IMG/VR virus record: IMGVR_UViG_3300042542_005394
Coordinates: 32,001 to 96,000 of that record
Origin: a virus
DNA: 64,000 bases
Strand: one strand, 5' to 3'
Shown: piece by piece, positions 10,477 through 19,827 of the stretch
How the letters are laid out: the number at the start of each line of letters is the position of its first letter
Numbering within the stretch: position 1 is the first letter of the stretch
Translations under genes and position numbers: made by a program
Notes under the pieces: generated by a model
The model's database searches: none
What the model was told of the DNA's origin: nothing
Seen by the model: only the letters and a program-made list of their open reading frames with translations

Positions 10477-11591
10477 AGTTTTTTCCCTATATTTTCGTAA
10501 CTGAAACGATCCATACTATTTCTTCCTATCTCTCTTTTATTTTCTAAATCTTTTTTGTTTTCCTTATACAGCTTGTATACATTTTGCATTTTAGATATTA
10601 GATCATATATATCAATCCTATACCAATATTCATTAGATGTGTATATATCAAAATCTTTAGATAATGGCCTATTATCTATAAAAACTGGTGTCCTATGACT
10701 TTTAACAATAAAACCATTTTCATTGTTTATATAGTCTATCATACCAGTATTATCTGTTACTATGGGAGTTTTCCCCAAACATAAAGCTTCAGCTGCTGGT
10801 CTACAGAAGGCTTCTCCAAAAGAAGGAGCTATTAAGCAATCACACGCGTTATGAAGTCCTATTATGTCCTGATCAGATAATCTTTCTGGTATAATAATTT
10901 CTTTTCTATATCTTTGACTTACTGAAAGTTTTTTCTTGATTGTTTCTAAGTCGTTTTCTATTGTTTTATAGCTTTCGTGCGGAGACATGCCAGAGATAGA
11001 GGTTTTAATAATTAGAGATACTGGTTGGTTAATATCAAAGGCTAAATTAAAAGCTAAAATTAAATCTTGTAAATTTTTACGTTCTACATATTCTCCAATA
11101 AAATAAAACTTAAATGTTCTATTAATTATTTCGCTAAACCCTATTTTATGACTACTGTACTTTTTTAATAGTTCTGTATCTAATGGTTGAGATATGCTGT
11201 GAATAGGTTTATTAACACCTGATTTTAGTAAGCTTTTCTTTTCTTGATTACTAGGTACCCAAATCTCATCCATTCTGTTCATGTTGGCTATACATTCAGA
11301 ATTAGACAAATTATTTGTCTCTAGCTCTGTTAATCCAATGTTCTTTTTATATCTGCCATCATAAAAAAAACAATGAGGCAAAGTCTTTTGTATTACGATA
11401 TCGTATGTATCATATTTTGTATTCTCATATTTTACTAGATCCGGCTCTAGTTCATCATTAGATGCTGAAGCTAAAAATACTGGTCTGATAGTTAAGTTGG
11501 GACATTTAGTCGCGACTGCTCTAATATAGCTTTTAGTCGCCATACCCCAACCATCATTTTGTCTATATGGACCTACAAATAGTACATTCAT
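10467..11591 (-). CDS. GT4-family glycosyltransferase
   Basis: DEIWVPS, ERKN, SFGEAFCRPAAEALCLGKTPI. Confidence 0.85.
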   Translation of the reverse strand: MNVLFVGPYRQNDGWGMATKSYIRAVATKCPNLTIRPVFLASASNDELEPDLVKYENTKYDTYDIVIQKTLPHCFFYDGRYKKNIGLTELETNNLSNSECIANMNRMDEIWVPSNQEKKSLLKSGVNKPIHSISQPLDTELLKKYSSHKIGFSEIINRTFKFYFIGEYVERKNLQDLILAFNLAFDINQPVSLIIKTSISGMSPHESYKTIENDLETIKKKLSVSQRYRKEIIIPERLSDQDIIGLHNACDCLIAPSFGEAFCRPAAEALCLGKTPIVTDNTGMIDYINNENGFIVKSHRTPVFIDNRPLSKDFDIYTSNEYWYRIDIYDLISKMQNVYKLYKENKKDLENKREIGRNSMDRFSYENIGKKLCT

Positions 11592-13255
11592 TGTAATCTG
11601 GCTTTCATGTTCGCGTATTCTATAAAGTCTTCATTTTTTAGACCGCTATCAGCTTCTTTAGCTTTTTGAGCTATATTATTATTTGATATCATATTATTAA
11701 GAACATCTAAAGTTTTAGATATTCCATATGGTTCAGTATTCATACCATTTAGAGTAAAGCCATAATCTAAATCTCTCATCATATTCAATAAAACCATAGA
11801 CGAAGCTATTTGATGGTTCGGCATATGTTTTGATACTACGCTCATTAGAGCATCATGATAACTCGTTGCATTTTCAGGAATATTATCTATCTTAGATAAG
11901 GTTGTGAGACTCTCTTCCCATTTGCCCTGCAATCCTTTTAATTGAACACTATCAAAATACTTTTCCCATTTACTAGCAATTAAGTCCCAGTTATAATATT
12001 GTTCTGTTAACTTTCTAGTTTCATGTCGTTTTTGATTTTTCAGTATTTTGGGCATGTTTATATAATTATATAGTATTTCTACTAAATGATCATTATCTGG
12101 ATAAACTCTTATTGCCTTGGTTTCTAGTTCTTTGAATGCTTGGTTAATTTTTACTGGATAGCCATTCAGCTTATTAACAACGTCACTCATGGCGCTGTAA
12201 TCTACAGAAGCTATAGGAATACCACATGCAGCAGCTTCTACCTGAGGCATACCAAAACCCTCACAGATAGCATATTGTACATATATATCAAAAGTATTCA
12301 TAATAGCAGATAAAATCTGAGTACTAACACCAGAACTAACATTAGGCATACTCATTGACTTTTGTCCACATCTCGGACAAAATGCCACAGGATGTTGGTA
12401 TAGAGACGTACCGAAATGAGCACAATTTTTACAACTGTAGGTGAATAGAACTCTATTACCAATCTTATATTCTTTTAGTAGCTGAGGAATATCCCAACCA
12501 GCATCGGGATAGCTGGTGTGAAGATAAAGATACGTTTTTTCGCCAATGGGATTGTTTTCTTTTTCTAGTTTATCTAGCAGCTGTTTTAATGAAGCGAAAA
12601 GTTCTGGCATTAACTTTCTTTTTTGGTTTCTCATTACAGACCCAATAACAAAAGCTGACGGGTCTATACCTAAAGAATTTCTTAGTTCATCTCTATTAGA
12701 GATAATATTGAATGTTTTTAGATCTACTCCGGGAGATGTTGTGTCGATATAGTTTATCTTATTGTTACTTTGTTGAGATAGCGTGTCTCTACCGAAATCA
12801 GAATATGTGAATACGGCATCTGCATGTAAAAAAGTATCAATCCACTCTTCTTGTTGTGGAGCAGAGTCTACAGTCGGCATCAATACCCAGTGATAAAATG
12901 GTCTTAGTGGAGAAAATTGTTGATAAGAATTCATCCAGTAGTCACGAACATCAAAAACTATATCTGGACGAAAATCTAGCAAAACTCTCTCAAAACGCCA
13001 TCGACCAAACTGGTTTTCCATAGAACTACTGTATTCTCTATGTCGCGGATCTTTATCGTCTACCGCGTTGGCGTAATATCTCCATCTGATGTCTGTATCT
13101 TTTGGATCATTAACTTTACCATATGAGGCAAATTCCGCTATTTCATATTTGCCAGTATCATGAAGTCTTTTGAGTATTTCCTTCGCATAAGTACCAAATC
13201 CGGAACTCAAAAAGCTAGCTTCCGAACACATGAGAATCTTTAGTTTTTTATTCAT
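11588..13255 (-). CDS. GT4-family glycosyltransferase with inserted zinc ribbon
   Basis: SGFG, RNQKRK, EGFGMPQVEAAACGIP; CKNC...CPRC insertion. Confidence 0.85.
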   Translation of the reverse strand: MNKKLKILMCSEASFLSSGFGTYAKEILKRLHDTGKYEIAEFASYGKVNDPKDTDIRWRYYANAVDDKDPRHREYSSSMENQFGRWRFERVLLDFRPDIVFDVRDYWMNSYQQFSPLRPFYHWVLMPTVDSAPQQEEWIDTFLHADAVFTYSDFGRDTLSQQSNNKINYIDTTSPGVDLKTFNIISNRDELRNSLGIDPSAFVIGSVMRNQKRKLMPELFASLKQLLDKLEKENNPIGEKTYLYLHTSYPDAGWDIPQLLKEYKIGNRVLFTYSCKNCAHFGTSLYQHPVAFCPRCGQKSMSMPNVSSGVSTQILSAIMNTFDIYVQYAICEGFGMPQVEAAACGIPIASVDYSAMSDVVNKLNGYPVKINQAFKELETKAIRVYPDNDHLVEILYNYINMPKILKNQKRHETRKLTEQYYNWDLIASKWEKYFDSVQLKGLQGKWEESLTTLSKIDNIPENATSYHDALMSVVSKHMPNHQIASSMVLLNMMRDLDYGFTLNGMNTEPYGISKTLDVLNNMISNNNIAQKAKEADSGLKNEDFIEYANMKARLQ

Positions 13256-13258
13256 AAG

Positions 13259-13294
13259 TAAAATGAGAAAGGGGGTATTTCACCCCCATCTCTC
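13259..13294 (-). terminator. Intrinsic terminator downstream of ssb
   Basis: Minus-strand GGGGGT-GAAAT-ACCCCC hairpin followed by TTTCTCATTTT. Confidence 0.7.
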
Positions 13295-13316
13295 TATTCC
13301 TATTCTTAGGTTATTA

Positions 13317-13697
13317 TTAGAAACTGACCACTTCTTCCTCTGAAGCTTCCTTGTTTTTCCTGTTAGAAAGCTTTGTAATCTTTGAGAAATTGTTTACTCT
13401 GATCTTGAGGCTATTATGCTTTACCCCATCCTTTTCCCAAGAATCATTTCTAAGAGAACCCTCAACTAGAACAAGATCACCCTTCTTAAAAGACTGACTA
13501 ATAATTTCAGCCCCTGTATCCCAAGCCTCGCAAGGAACAAATGTGGTAACCTTATCCTTTTCTCCATTAGCCTTAGTATATTCACGAGAAACAGCAACTG
13601 TAAAATTTACTACTGAAGTCTGCTTACCGTTTGTACTAACAACCCTGAGCTCGGGATCTCTTGCTAAATTACCACGTAAAATATTTAGATTCATCAA
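13317..13697 (-). CDS. ssb: Single-stranded DNA-binding protein
   Basis: GNLARDPELR...F.VAV.R...W...KG.LV.VEG.L; acidic tail ending in F. Confidence 0.95.
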   Translation of the reverse strand: MMNLNILRGNLARDPELRVVSTNGKQTSVVNFTVAVSREYTKANGEKDKVTTFVPCEAWDTGAEIISQSFKKGDLVLVEGSLRNDSWEKDGVKHNSLKIRVNNFSKITKLSNRKNKEASEEEVVSF

Positions 13698-13740
13698 AAT
13701 CTCCTTTTAAAGAAAATAACCAATTCCAACTGACTGAACT

Positions 13741-13769
13741 ATAATAGACGAACCCCGGAGCAACGTCAA
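13741..13769 (-). promoter_or_regulatory. Sigma70-type promoter for ssb
   Basis: TTGACG-N17-TATTAT on the minus strand, about 45 nt upstream of ssb. Confidence 0.7.
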
Positions 13770-15400
13770 GTGCTCGGCAGATAAACTTTTTCAACAATCA
13801 GAGAGTCGCCAGTTTTTGCTCTTGACCCTTTAATAATAACAACGTTCCCACTAAATAGTAAATTACGATACATCTTGTATGATTCTGGGAAAAATATAAC
13901 AGAGTCCAAGAGACCCGTACCATCACTCACTGTAACGAATGCCATTTCTAATCCGGGATTTTTTCCCTTCTTTGTTTTTGTAATCCCTATATTCTCTATT
14001 TCTGCACAAAGTAGAATATTGTCCTTGAAAAGGCTATTTTTAAAATCTTTGCATGTAGTATTTGTCATTGTAACATCATACATATCAACCTTGGAACATG
14101 TAATATTACAACCTAAAATCTCATCTTCGCTATCTGCTATCCATTCAGGATTATCCTCTAAAGAATATGGAGGTTTATTAATAGCATTAATTAAAGTAAG
14201 AATAATGCTTTTCCTGTTTTTATTGATTTTAGCATTATGATACAGGTCGTGCATCGCATCCGATATTGTTGTATATTTAGAGATATTAGATATAATATAT
14301 TCGCATTCTTTTTTTGTTAATTCAGAAGCTATTCCAAAATCAAAAAGCATGGAAGTTCTGCTCTTTACCAGAAAAGATAAAGCACCAGCTTGAATTAAAG
14401 CTTTGGACGCATTAGAGTTTATATTCAATAATATATGCATGAGTAATTCTATCCATGTCATATTATCTATGTATAGTTTTTTATCTTTTAGTAGTTTGAT
14501 TAATTTATCAAAAATAGACTGGCCAAAACCTTTGATATCTGTTAATCCAAAATATATCTTTTGATTTTTTAAAATAAAGTGCTTATTAAGATTTCTAATA
14601 TCTGGTATACTAATATCTATATCCATCTCATTGGCATTTTGTACTAACTCTTTTATTTCTGCTTTGGGGTCTATTTTATCTTTCGCAAATCTTAGATATG
14701 ACGCAAAGAACACCCTGGGAAAATGTGCCTTAGTATACGCCGATAGATAGGCATTAATAGCATATGACACAGCATGGCTTTTGTTAAATGAATATCTTTG
14801 GCTTTTTTCGACCCACCCAAAAATCTCTTCTGCTTGTTCAGTTGATACCGTATTCTTAAGTTTACATCCCTCTAAAAACTTCGACTTGATTTTGGCCATC
14901 TCCTCTGGTTTTTTCTTTCCAATAGCTTTTCTCAACATGTCTGCTTCTTCCAAATTAAAACCAGCAATTACTTTAGCTATTTCCATAGCTTGTTCCTGAT
15001 AGATCATTTCACCATATGTACTGTGCAATATGGGTTCTAATGAAGGATGATAATAATCTACTGATTCTTGAGCATTCTTTTTATCTATATAGTGATTACT
15101 AACATTTTTACCTTCTCTATAAGCTTCAAGACATCCCGGTCTAAGAATACTGATCAACCCAGATAATTGTTCAATATTTTCTGGTTTTAACTTTTTAGCC
15201 ATAGACTTACCAAGCCTAGACTCTAACTGAAAACATCCCTTTGTATTACCGGCAGATATTAACTCCCAAGTTTTGGTACAGTCCAACGGTATATTTTCTA
15301 TAACAGGAAGGAATTCTATTAATGTTTTTTCTGGGTCATTGCCTTCAATTACATTAAACGAACATCCACAAGAATATTGAAATTTTTTAGACATTTGCAA
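13766..15400 (-). CDS. dnaE: DNA polymerase III alpha, C-terminal half (fingers, HhH, OB fold)
   Basis: GCFQLES, LRPG, IYQEQ.M, LRKAIGKK, YSFNKSHAV.Y, GLTDIKGFG, C-terminal MAFVT..D OB fold. Confidence 0.93.
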   Translation of the reverse strand: MQMSKKFQYSCGCSFNVIEGNDPEKTLIEFLPVIENIPLDCTKTWELISAGNTKGCFQLESRLGKSMAKKLKPENIEQLSGLISILRPGCLEAYREGKNVSNHYIDKKNAQESVDYYHPSLEPILHSTYGEMIYQEQAMEIAKVIAGFNLEEADMLRKAIGKKKPEEMAKIKSKFLEGCKLKNTVSTEQAEEIFGWVEKSQRYSFNKSHAVSYAINAYLSAYTKAHFPRVFFASYLRFAKDKIDPKAEIKELVQNANEMDIDISIPDIRNLNKHFILKNQKIYFGLTDIKGFGQSIFDKLIKLLKDKKLYIDNMTWIELLMHILLNINSNASKALIQAGALSFLVKSRTSMLFDFGIASELTKKECEYIISNISKYTTISDAMHDLYHNAKINKNRKSIILTLINAINKPPYSLEDNPEWIADSEDEILGCNITCSKVDMYDVTMTNTTCKDFKNSLFKDNILLCAEIENIGITKTKKGKNPGLEMAFVTVSDGTGLLDSVIFFPESYKMYRNLLFSGNVVIIKGSRAKTGDSLIVEKVYLPST

Positions 15401-16079
15401 AAGAGTTTTTGAATTTAATTTTATTACCCAAATTACGATGCAGTCTTAAAAACCTTATCAGTATCTCAGCACAATCTTGAACATCTTTAAATGCGTCGTG
15501 TGCACCAACTTTTGATATTCCAAAATAATCTCTCAAAGAGTCTAATGTGTAGCTCTTAAGATCATTATTACTTTCAAACCAGTAAAATATTAGATTCATT
15601 ATGTCCACAACGTCTCGTGGATAGAATATATCAGAACGACCTTCTTTATTAGTATGACCATATTTAACGCTCAAGCGATCTATGATATTCAAATCAAAAC
15701 GATTGATATTATATCCAGCCGCTATTGGAGCACTAAATTGACTCTTTTTAGAAGATCTACTGTGATGCATTTCTAAATAATTAGTAAACATCTTCCAAGA
15801 TTGTTCTTGTTCAGGATATTCTTTCCATTGAGTCAAAATATCGTCCTTAGAACAGCCTTTAACCTTAGCATGAAAATCCAGTATATCTGTTGTATATACA
15901 TAATTTTCGTCCTTAGCCAAAGTTTCTGGTTTAAAGAAAACATTAAATTCTGACTTAGGCACAATTTCTAACTTAATTGGGTCGATGATTAATGCAGCCA
16001 TTTGCACTGGACTACAAGTTCTTGGATCAGACCCATCTGTTTCAAAATCAAATACGCAAATTTTGTTATAGTTTATCAT
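15387..16079 (-). CDS. DEDDh 3'-5' exonuclease (DnaQ/epsilon-like)
   Basis: FDFETDG, GYNINRFD, AHDAFKD. Confidence 0.88.
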   Translation of the reverse strand: MINYNKICVFDFETDGSDPRTCSPVQMAALIIDPIKLEIVPKSEFNVFFKPETLAKDENYVYTTDILDFHAKVKGCSKDDILTQWKEYPEQEQSWKMFTNYLEMHHSRSSKKSQFSAPIAAGYNINRFDLNIIDRLSVKYGHTNKEGRSDIFYPRDVVDIMNLIFYWFESNNDLKSYTLDSLRDYFGISKVGAHDAFKDVQDCAEILIRFLRLHRNLGNKIKFKNSFANV

Positions 16080-16297
16080 TAGTTGTTATTACTCGTAGTT
16101 TCTGTTACTAATTCAACCTCTACAAGCGGAGTTATTTGAACCTTTTGTTGAGGGTTGGATACAAGAGCAGCAGTCAGAATATGACAGCAGCTTACTCTCT
16201 CTTCAGATATCTTTACATACTCACTTATTGGTCCACCATTAACAGATGTCCTAAACTTTTGACCTACAGCTAAATCCATAAATTTTACCATAATCAT
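16079..16297 (-). CDS. Small hypothetical protein
   Basis: 72 aa, overlaps both neighbours in coupled fashion; KFMDLAVGQKF start. Confidence 0.6.
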   Translation of the reverse strand: MIMVKFMDLAVGQKFRTSVNGGPISEYVKISEERVSCCHILTAALVSNPQQKVQITPLVEVELVTETTSNNN

Positions 16298-18171
16298 TCT
16301 CCATTTTTAAGAATATCTTGAATAGTCATAATTTTATCTAACATTGCAATTCCAAGAATATCAAACTTAATAACTCCCAAAGCCTCCAAATCTTGCATTT
16401 CCATGCCAGCAATCATTTGATCATTTTTACTATCGTATACCATTGGACAAATTGTATTTAATGGTTCTGAGCTAATTGCTATTCCGGCAGCATGTTTGGA
16501 TTGATTGGACTTTGTTCCTTCTAATCTTATAGCCTGTTCGAATCTTTTTGCAAGCGGGCCTTGTAGTTCATTATTGTCGTCTATGTAGCACCATTCCTTG
16601 AGTTTATCTGGCTGATTTTCTAAAGACCAACGTATAATTGAAGCTTCACCAGTTTCATCCTTCATTTCCTGAAGATCGTCCGCAATTTTTGACTCATCAG
16701 GTATGCTTTTAGTTATTTTATTCATTTCATCGAAACTAATATTACCATAAACTCTCAGAACATCTTTAAGAGCACCTCTACCTTTCATGGTATTAAAAGT
16801 AATCATCTGAGAAACCTTATCGACCCCGTATGTTTGCTTAATATATTCTATAATATTTTCCCTTTTGTCAATAGGAACGTCCACATCTATATCTGGCATT
16901 GATATGTGATCTTTGGAATTTCTACCACTATTATAAAACCTTTCAAACAATAAGCTGTATTTTATAGGATCAATACTTGTTATACCTATAAGATATGAAA
17001 CTAAACAACCCGCCGCCGAGCCTCTGCCCGGTCCGGGAAGCCAACCATTTTTTCTTACATAATTAACAATATCTTGTACTATTAAAAAATAACTAGATAG
17101 ACCAGCACCCTGTAATATATCTAATTCATATTTTACTCTGTCAACATACACTTGATGTTCTTCCTTGGGAATAACATTAGCTATTTTGGCTTTCCAACCT
17201 TTGCGACATAATTCTCTTAAATACTCAGCATCATCCATCCCGTCTGGACAAGGAAATGGAGGTAATCTTGGTTTATGTAAAATATTATATTCTTCACACA
17301 TATTAGCTAATATATTAGTATTAACTATTTCTTCTTCAGTATGAATCTCTTTAATTTCTTCCTGAGATAATATATGAAAATTATCAGATGTAAAAAAACA
17401 GCCAAGAGCAACAGCCTCATCATTAGCTATTTTCCTACTAATGTCAGGAAATGTTGTCTTTAGATTATTGCACAATAAAATTCTTTGATCTGTTGCGTCT
17501 TCTCTTCGTGCATAGTGAGCATCAGGAGTACATATGATCTTAGTATTGGTGATTTTAGATAATTGTCTCATAGCATCAGTTAATATGCTTTGTATTGGAG
17601 AATTATCTTTATCCATAAGCTGAGCCTCCAAAAAGAAATTCTCTGACCCAAAAATAGTTTTATAGGTAGAAATCTCCCGTTTTCCTATATCGACCCAATC
17701 TATTTTAAGTTGGTTGTTTTCAGTAATTTTATCTGCTATTACCGACCCAGGATGACCACAAAAGGCTATAATATTGTTGTTACAGAACTTGGATAACGTG
17801 GTTAGGTCTAGTCTAGGTTTGTGATAATAAAAATCTGGCCTATTAGATTCTGATACTATTCTTATTAGACTTCTCCAACCCTCATAATTTTTGGCTAGAA
17901 TAACTAGATGACTGAGTTTTTTATTTTCAGGGGTTTGTATAGACGGATCGGACTCACAGATATATAATTCACAACCTAATATTGGCTTTATACCATGTTT
18001 TTTCATTTCTGTATAAAACTTAACACACCCAGCTATATTACCATGGTCTGTTAATGCACAAGCTCTTACTCCTATCTCTAAACAACGTTCAGCAATAGTC
18101 GATGGTTGAGAGAGTCCATCCAATAAAGAATAAGTAGAATGTAAATGTAGGGGGATATAGTTTACTGTCAT
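16294..18171 (-). CDS. dnaE: DNA polymerase III alpha, N-terminal half (PHP, palm, thumb)
   Basis: HLHSTYSLLDG, TDHGN, GPGRGSAAG, LLFERF, MPDIDVD, HAAGI, KFDILG. Confidence 0.95.
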   Translation of the reverse strand: MTVNYIPLHLHSTYSLLDGLSQPSTIAERCLEIGVRACALTDHGNIAGCVKFYTEMKKHGIKPILGCELYICESDPSIQTPENKKLSHLVILAKNYEGWRSLIRIVSESNRPDFYYHKPRLDLTTLSKFCNNNIIAFCGHPGSVIADKITENNQLKIDWVDIGKREISTYKTIFGSENFFLEAQLMDKDNSPIQSILTDAMRQLSKITNTKIICTPDAHYARREDATDQRILLCNNLKTTFPDISRKIANDEAVALGCFFTSDNFHILSQEEIKEIHTEEEIVNTNILANMCEEYNILHKPRLPPFPCPDGMDDAEYLRELCRKGWKAKIANVIPKEEHQVYVDRVKYELDILQGAGLSSYFLIVQDIVNYVRKNGWLPGPGRGSAAGCLVSYLIGITSIDPIKYSLLFERFYNSGRNSKDHISMPDIDVDVPIDKRENIIEYIKQTYGVDKVSQMITFNTMKGRGALKDVLRVYGNISFDEMNKITKSIPDESKIADDLQEMKDETGEASIIRWSLENQPDKLKEWCYIDDNNELQGPLAKRFEQAIRLEGTKSNQSKHAAGIAISSEPLNTICPMVYDSKNDQMIAGMEMQDLEALGVIKFDILGIAMLDKIMTIQDILKNGE

Positions 18172-18175
18172 GTTT

Positions 18176-19216
18176 TTAAACGCTGCCTGGAGCTTTGTAG
18201 TATCCTATACTATAACCCGGAACCTGATAGTGGTCAATCACCGCCTCTGGTCCTTTTATATCCATATCGTGCTTAACTTGTTCGCACTTGGTCATACATT
18301 GGTTTTTAGGTGTTATTTGATTATCTCTATATTCAACTATTGGTAACGCATGACTATTTTCGAATGTACTTTTTCCAAAATGACAAAACTTCGTACATTT
18401 CCAGCTTTTATTTAATTGGGGCTTATGTGTATTTTTAATAGTTTCAAATTTTTGTTTTAACATCATTTCTGTTTGATGTAAGTCTTTTTTATCAAAACAG
18501 ATACTAAATGCTCCACCGTCATTTATAAAATAAATAGATACAATTACATGTTCAACTTCAGGGTATAAGTGCTGTATAGCATAATGATATATTCTTAGTT
18601 GAGCATCATTTTGTAATTTAGCTTGGGTTTTTTCTTCTCCGGTTGCCCAGTCAAGTCTCCGACCTGTTTTATAATCAACAATTTCTAATGTTTTGTCATT
18701 AACTCTGGTTATTAAGTCTATCGTACCCTTTATAGCTAACTTACCTTCCAAAATCCCGTCTTTTGTTTCATATTTATAACCTGCCCAAGGCTTATCTATC
18801 TCTATATCAAAATGTTGTTCAGGTTGAACTATGTCTTGATTTCTTGGATCAAACATTCCATTATTGTATTCTAATGCCTTGTATACCCAGTTATGACAAT
18901 CTTTGTAATCTTTGGGCGTCCACGTATGATGTTTTTCAGCAGATGAATAGTGTTTATATACTTTTTCAATAATAGTATTAAGATTATAGTCTGTCACATT
19001 GATCGCGCCAATTATGTCATCCTCTATCGTGGTAGATTTATCCTGTGTGCCCTTTTTTATAACCGCAAGGATTTCCATCACCTTGTGTAAAACAGTGCCC
19101 TTAGCGGCTTTAAGACCGCTGGGACTTCTCATACCAAGTACGTACTCAAGCATGTACTGCATAGGACATAAACTGTGGGTTCCGTAACTAGAACTACGTA
19201 TATATGTAACTATCAT
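18176..19216 (-). CDS. PD-(D/E)xK Cas4/RecB-like nuclease
   Basis: GT.LH, GTIDLI, IVDYKTG, QLRIY; one N-terminal Cys plus C-terminal Cys cluster. Confidence 0.85.
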   Translation of the reverse strand: MIVTYIRSSSYGTHSLCPMQYMLEYVLGMRSPSGLKAAKGTVLHKVMEILAVIKKGTQDKSTTIEDDIIGAINVTDYNLNTIIEKVYKHYSSAEKHHTWTPKDYKDCHNWVYKALEYNNGMFDPRNQDIVQPEQHFDIEIDKPWAGYKYETKDGILEGKLAIKGTIDLITRVNDKTLEIVDYKTGRRLDWATGEEKTQAKLQNDAQLRIYHYAIQHLYPEVEHVIVSIYFINDGGAFSICFDKKDLHQTEMMLKQKFETIKNTHKPQLNKSWKCTKFCHFGKSTFENSHALPIVEYRDNQITPKNQCMTKCEQVKHDMDIKGPEAVIDHYQVPGYSIGYYKAPGSV

Positions 19217-19827
19217 TAGTTTAAAATTCCATTTTGATATAAGAATTGTTCTATAAATTGATTTTTATCAGCTATATTGATGTTTTGATTATTAATAACT
19301 GTGCTGAATTTTGACCAATCGTAATTATTTGGATCCAAAGCCATTTCAGCATCAGACTTTGATTCAAATGGATCTTTAGTGATTCTAATAACAAATCCAT
19401 TATTTTTTAATATGCTATTGACCTCATTGGGAAATCTACAATCAGCTATAATTGCGATATCTAAATTATCTCTTTGTATAGCTACTAAAGTAGCTTGGAC
19501 CCAAACATCGTTTTTAATTTTACGAAAAATATTGGTACCAATAACCTCCATAACTTCTCTAGCGGTCATGGGACCAGTAATATTACCTAAATATCCTGGT
19601 ATATTCTCCCATAAAATATCCGTTAAACTATTTTTATCGTCATCGCTACCGTAACACTGATCATATGTTAATCCTAGTATATTGATACATATGTCTTGTT
19701 TCAAAGGATCCGCAAAACTATAAACCTTATTTTTTAGACCCTTATTGTTTAATAGGTGCTGAACATACTCAGCACCAGTACTTTTACCAGATTGTTTTCT
19801 ACCAGAAAAAGCTATTATTTTGGTCAT
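19216..19827 (-). CDS. Deoxynucleoside monophosphate kinase
   Basis: GRKQSGKST P-loop, SFADPLK, R..M...GT...R, DCRFPNE. Confidence 0.88.
   Translation of the reverse strand: MTKIIAFSGRKQSGKSTGAEYVQHLLNNKGLKNKVYSFADPLKQDICINILGLTYDQCYGSDDDKNSLTDILWENIPGYLGNITGPMTAREVMEVIGTNIFRKIKNDVWVQATLVAIQRDNLDIAIIADCRFPNEVNSILKNNGFVIRITKDPFESKSDAEMALDPNNYDWSKFSTVINNQNINIADKNQFIEQFLYQNGILN

Noticed and set aside
16079-16297. Small ORF between the dnaE halves as a split-intein fragment
   Set aside because: No block F/G (VYD...HN) motif, and neither DnaE half carries intein N- or C-terminal sequence
18176-19216. Cas4 as part of a CRISPR system
   Set aside because: No repeat-spacer array or other cas genes seen; stand-alone Cas4/RecB-like nucleases are common in phage replication modules
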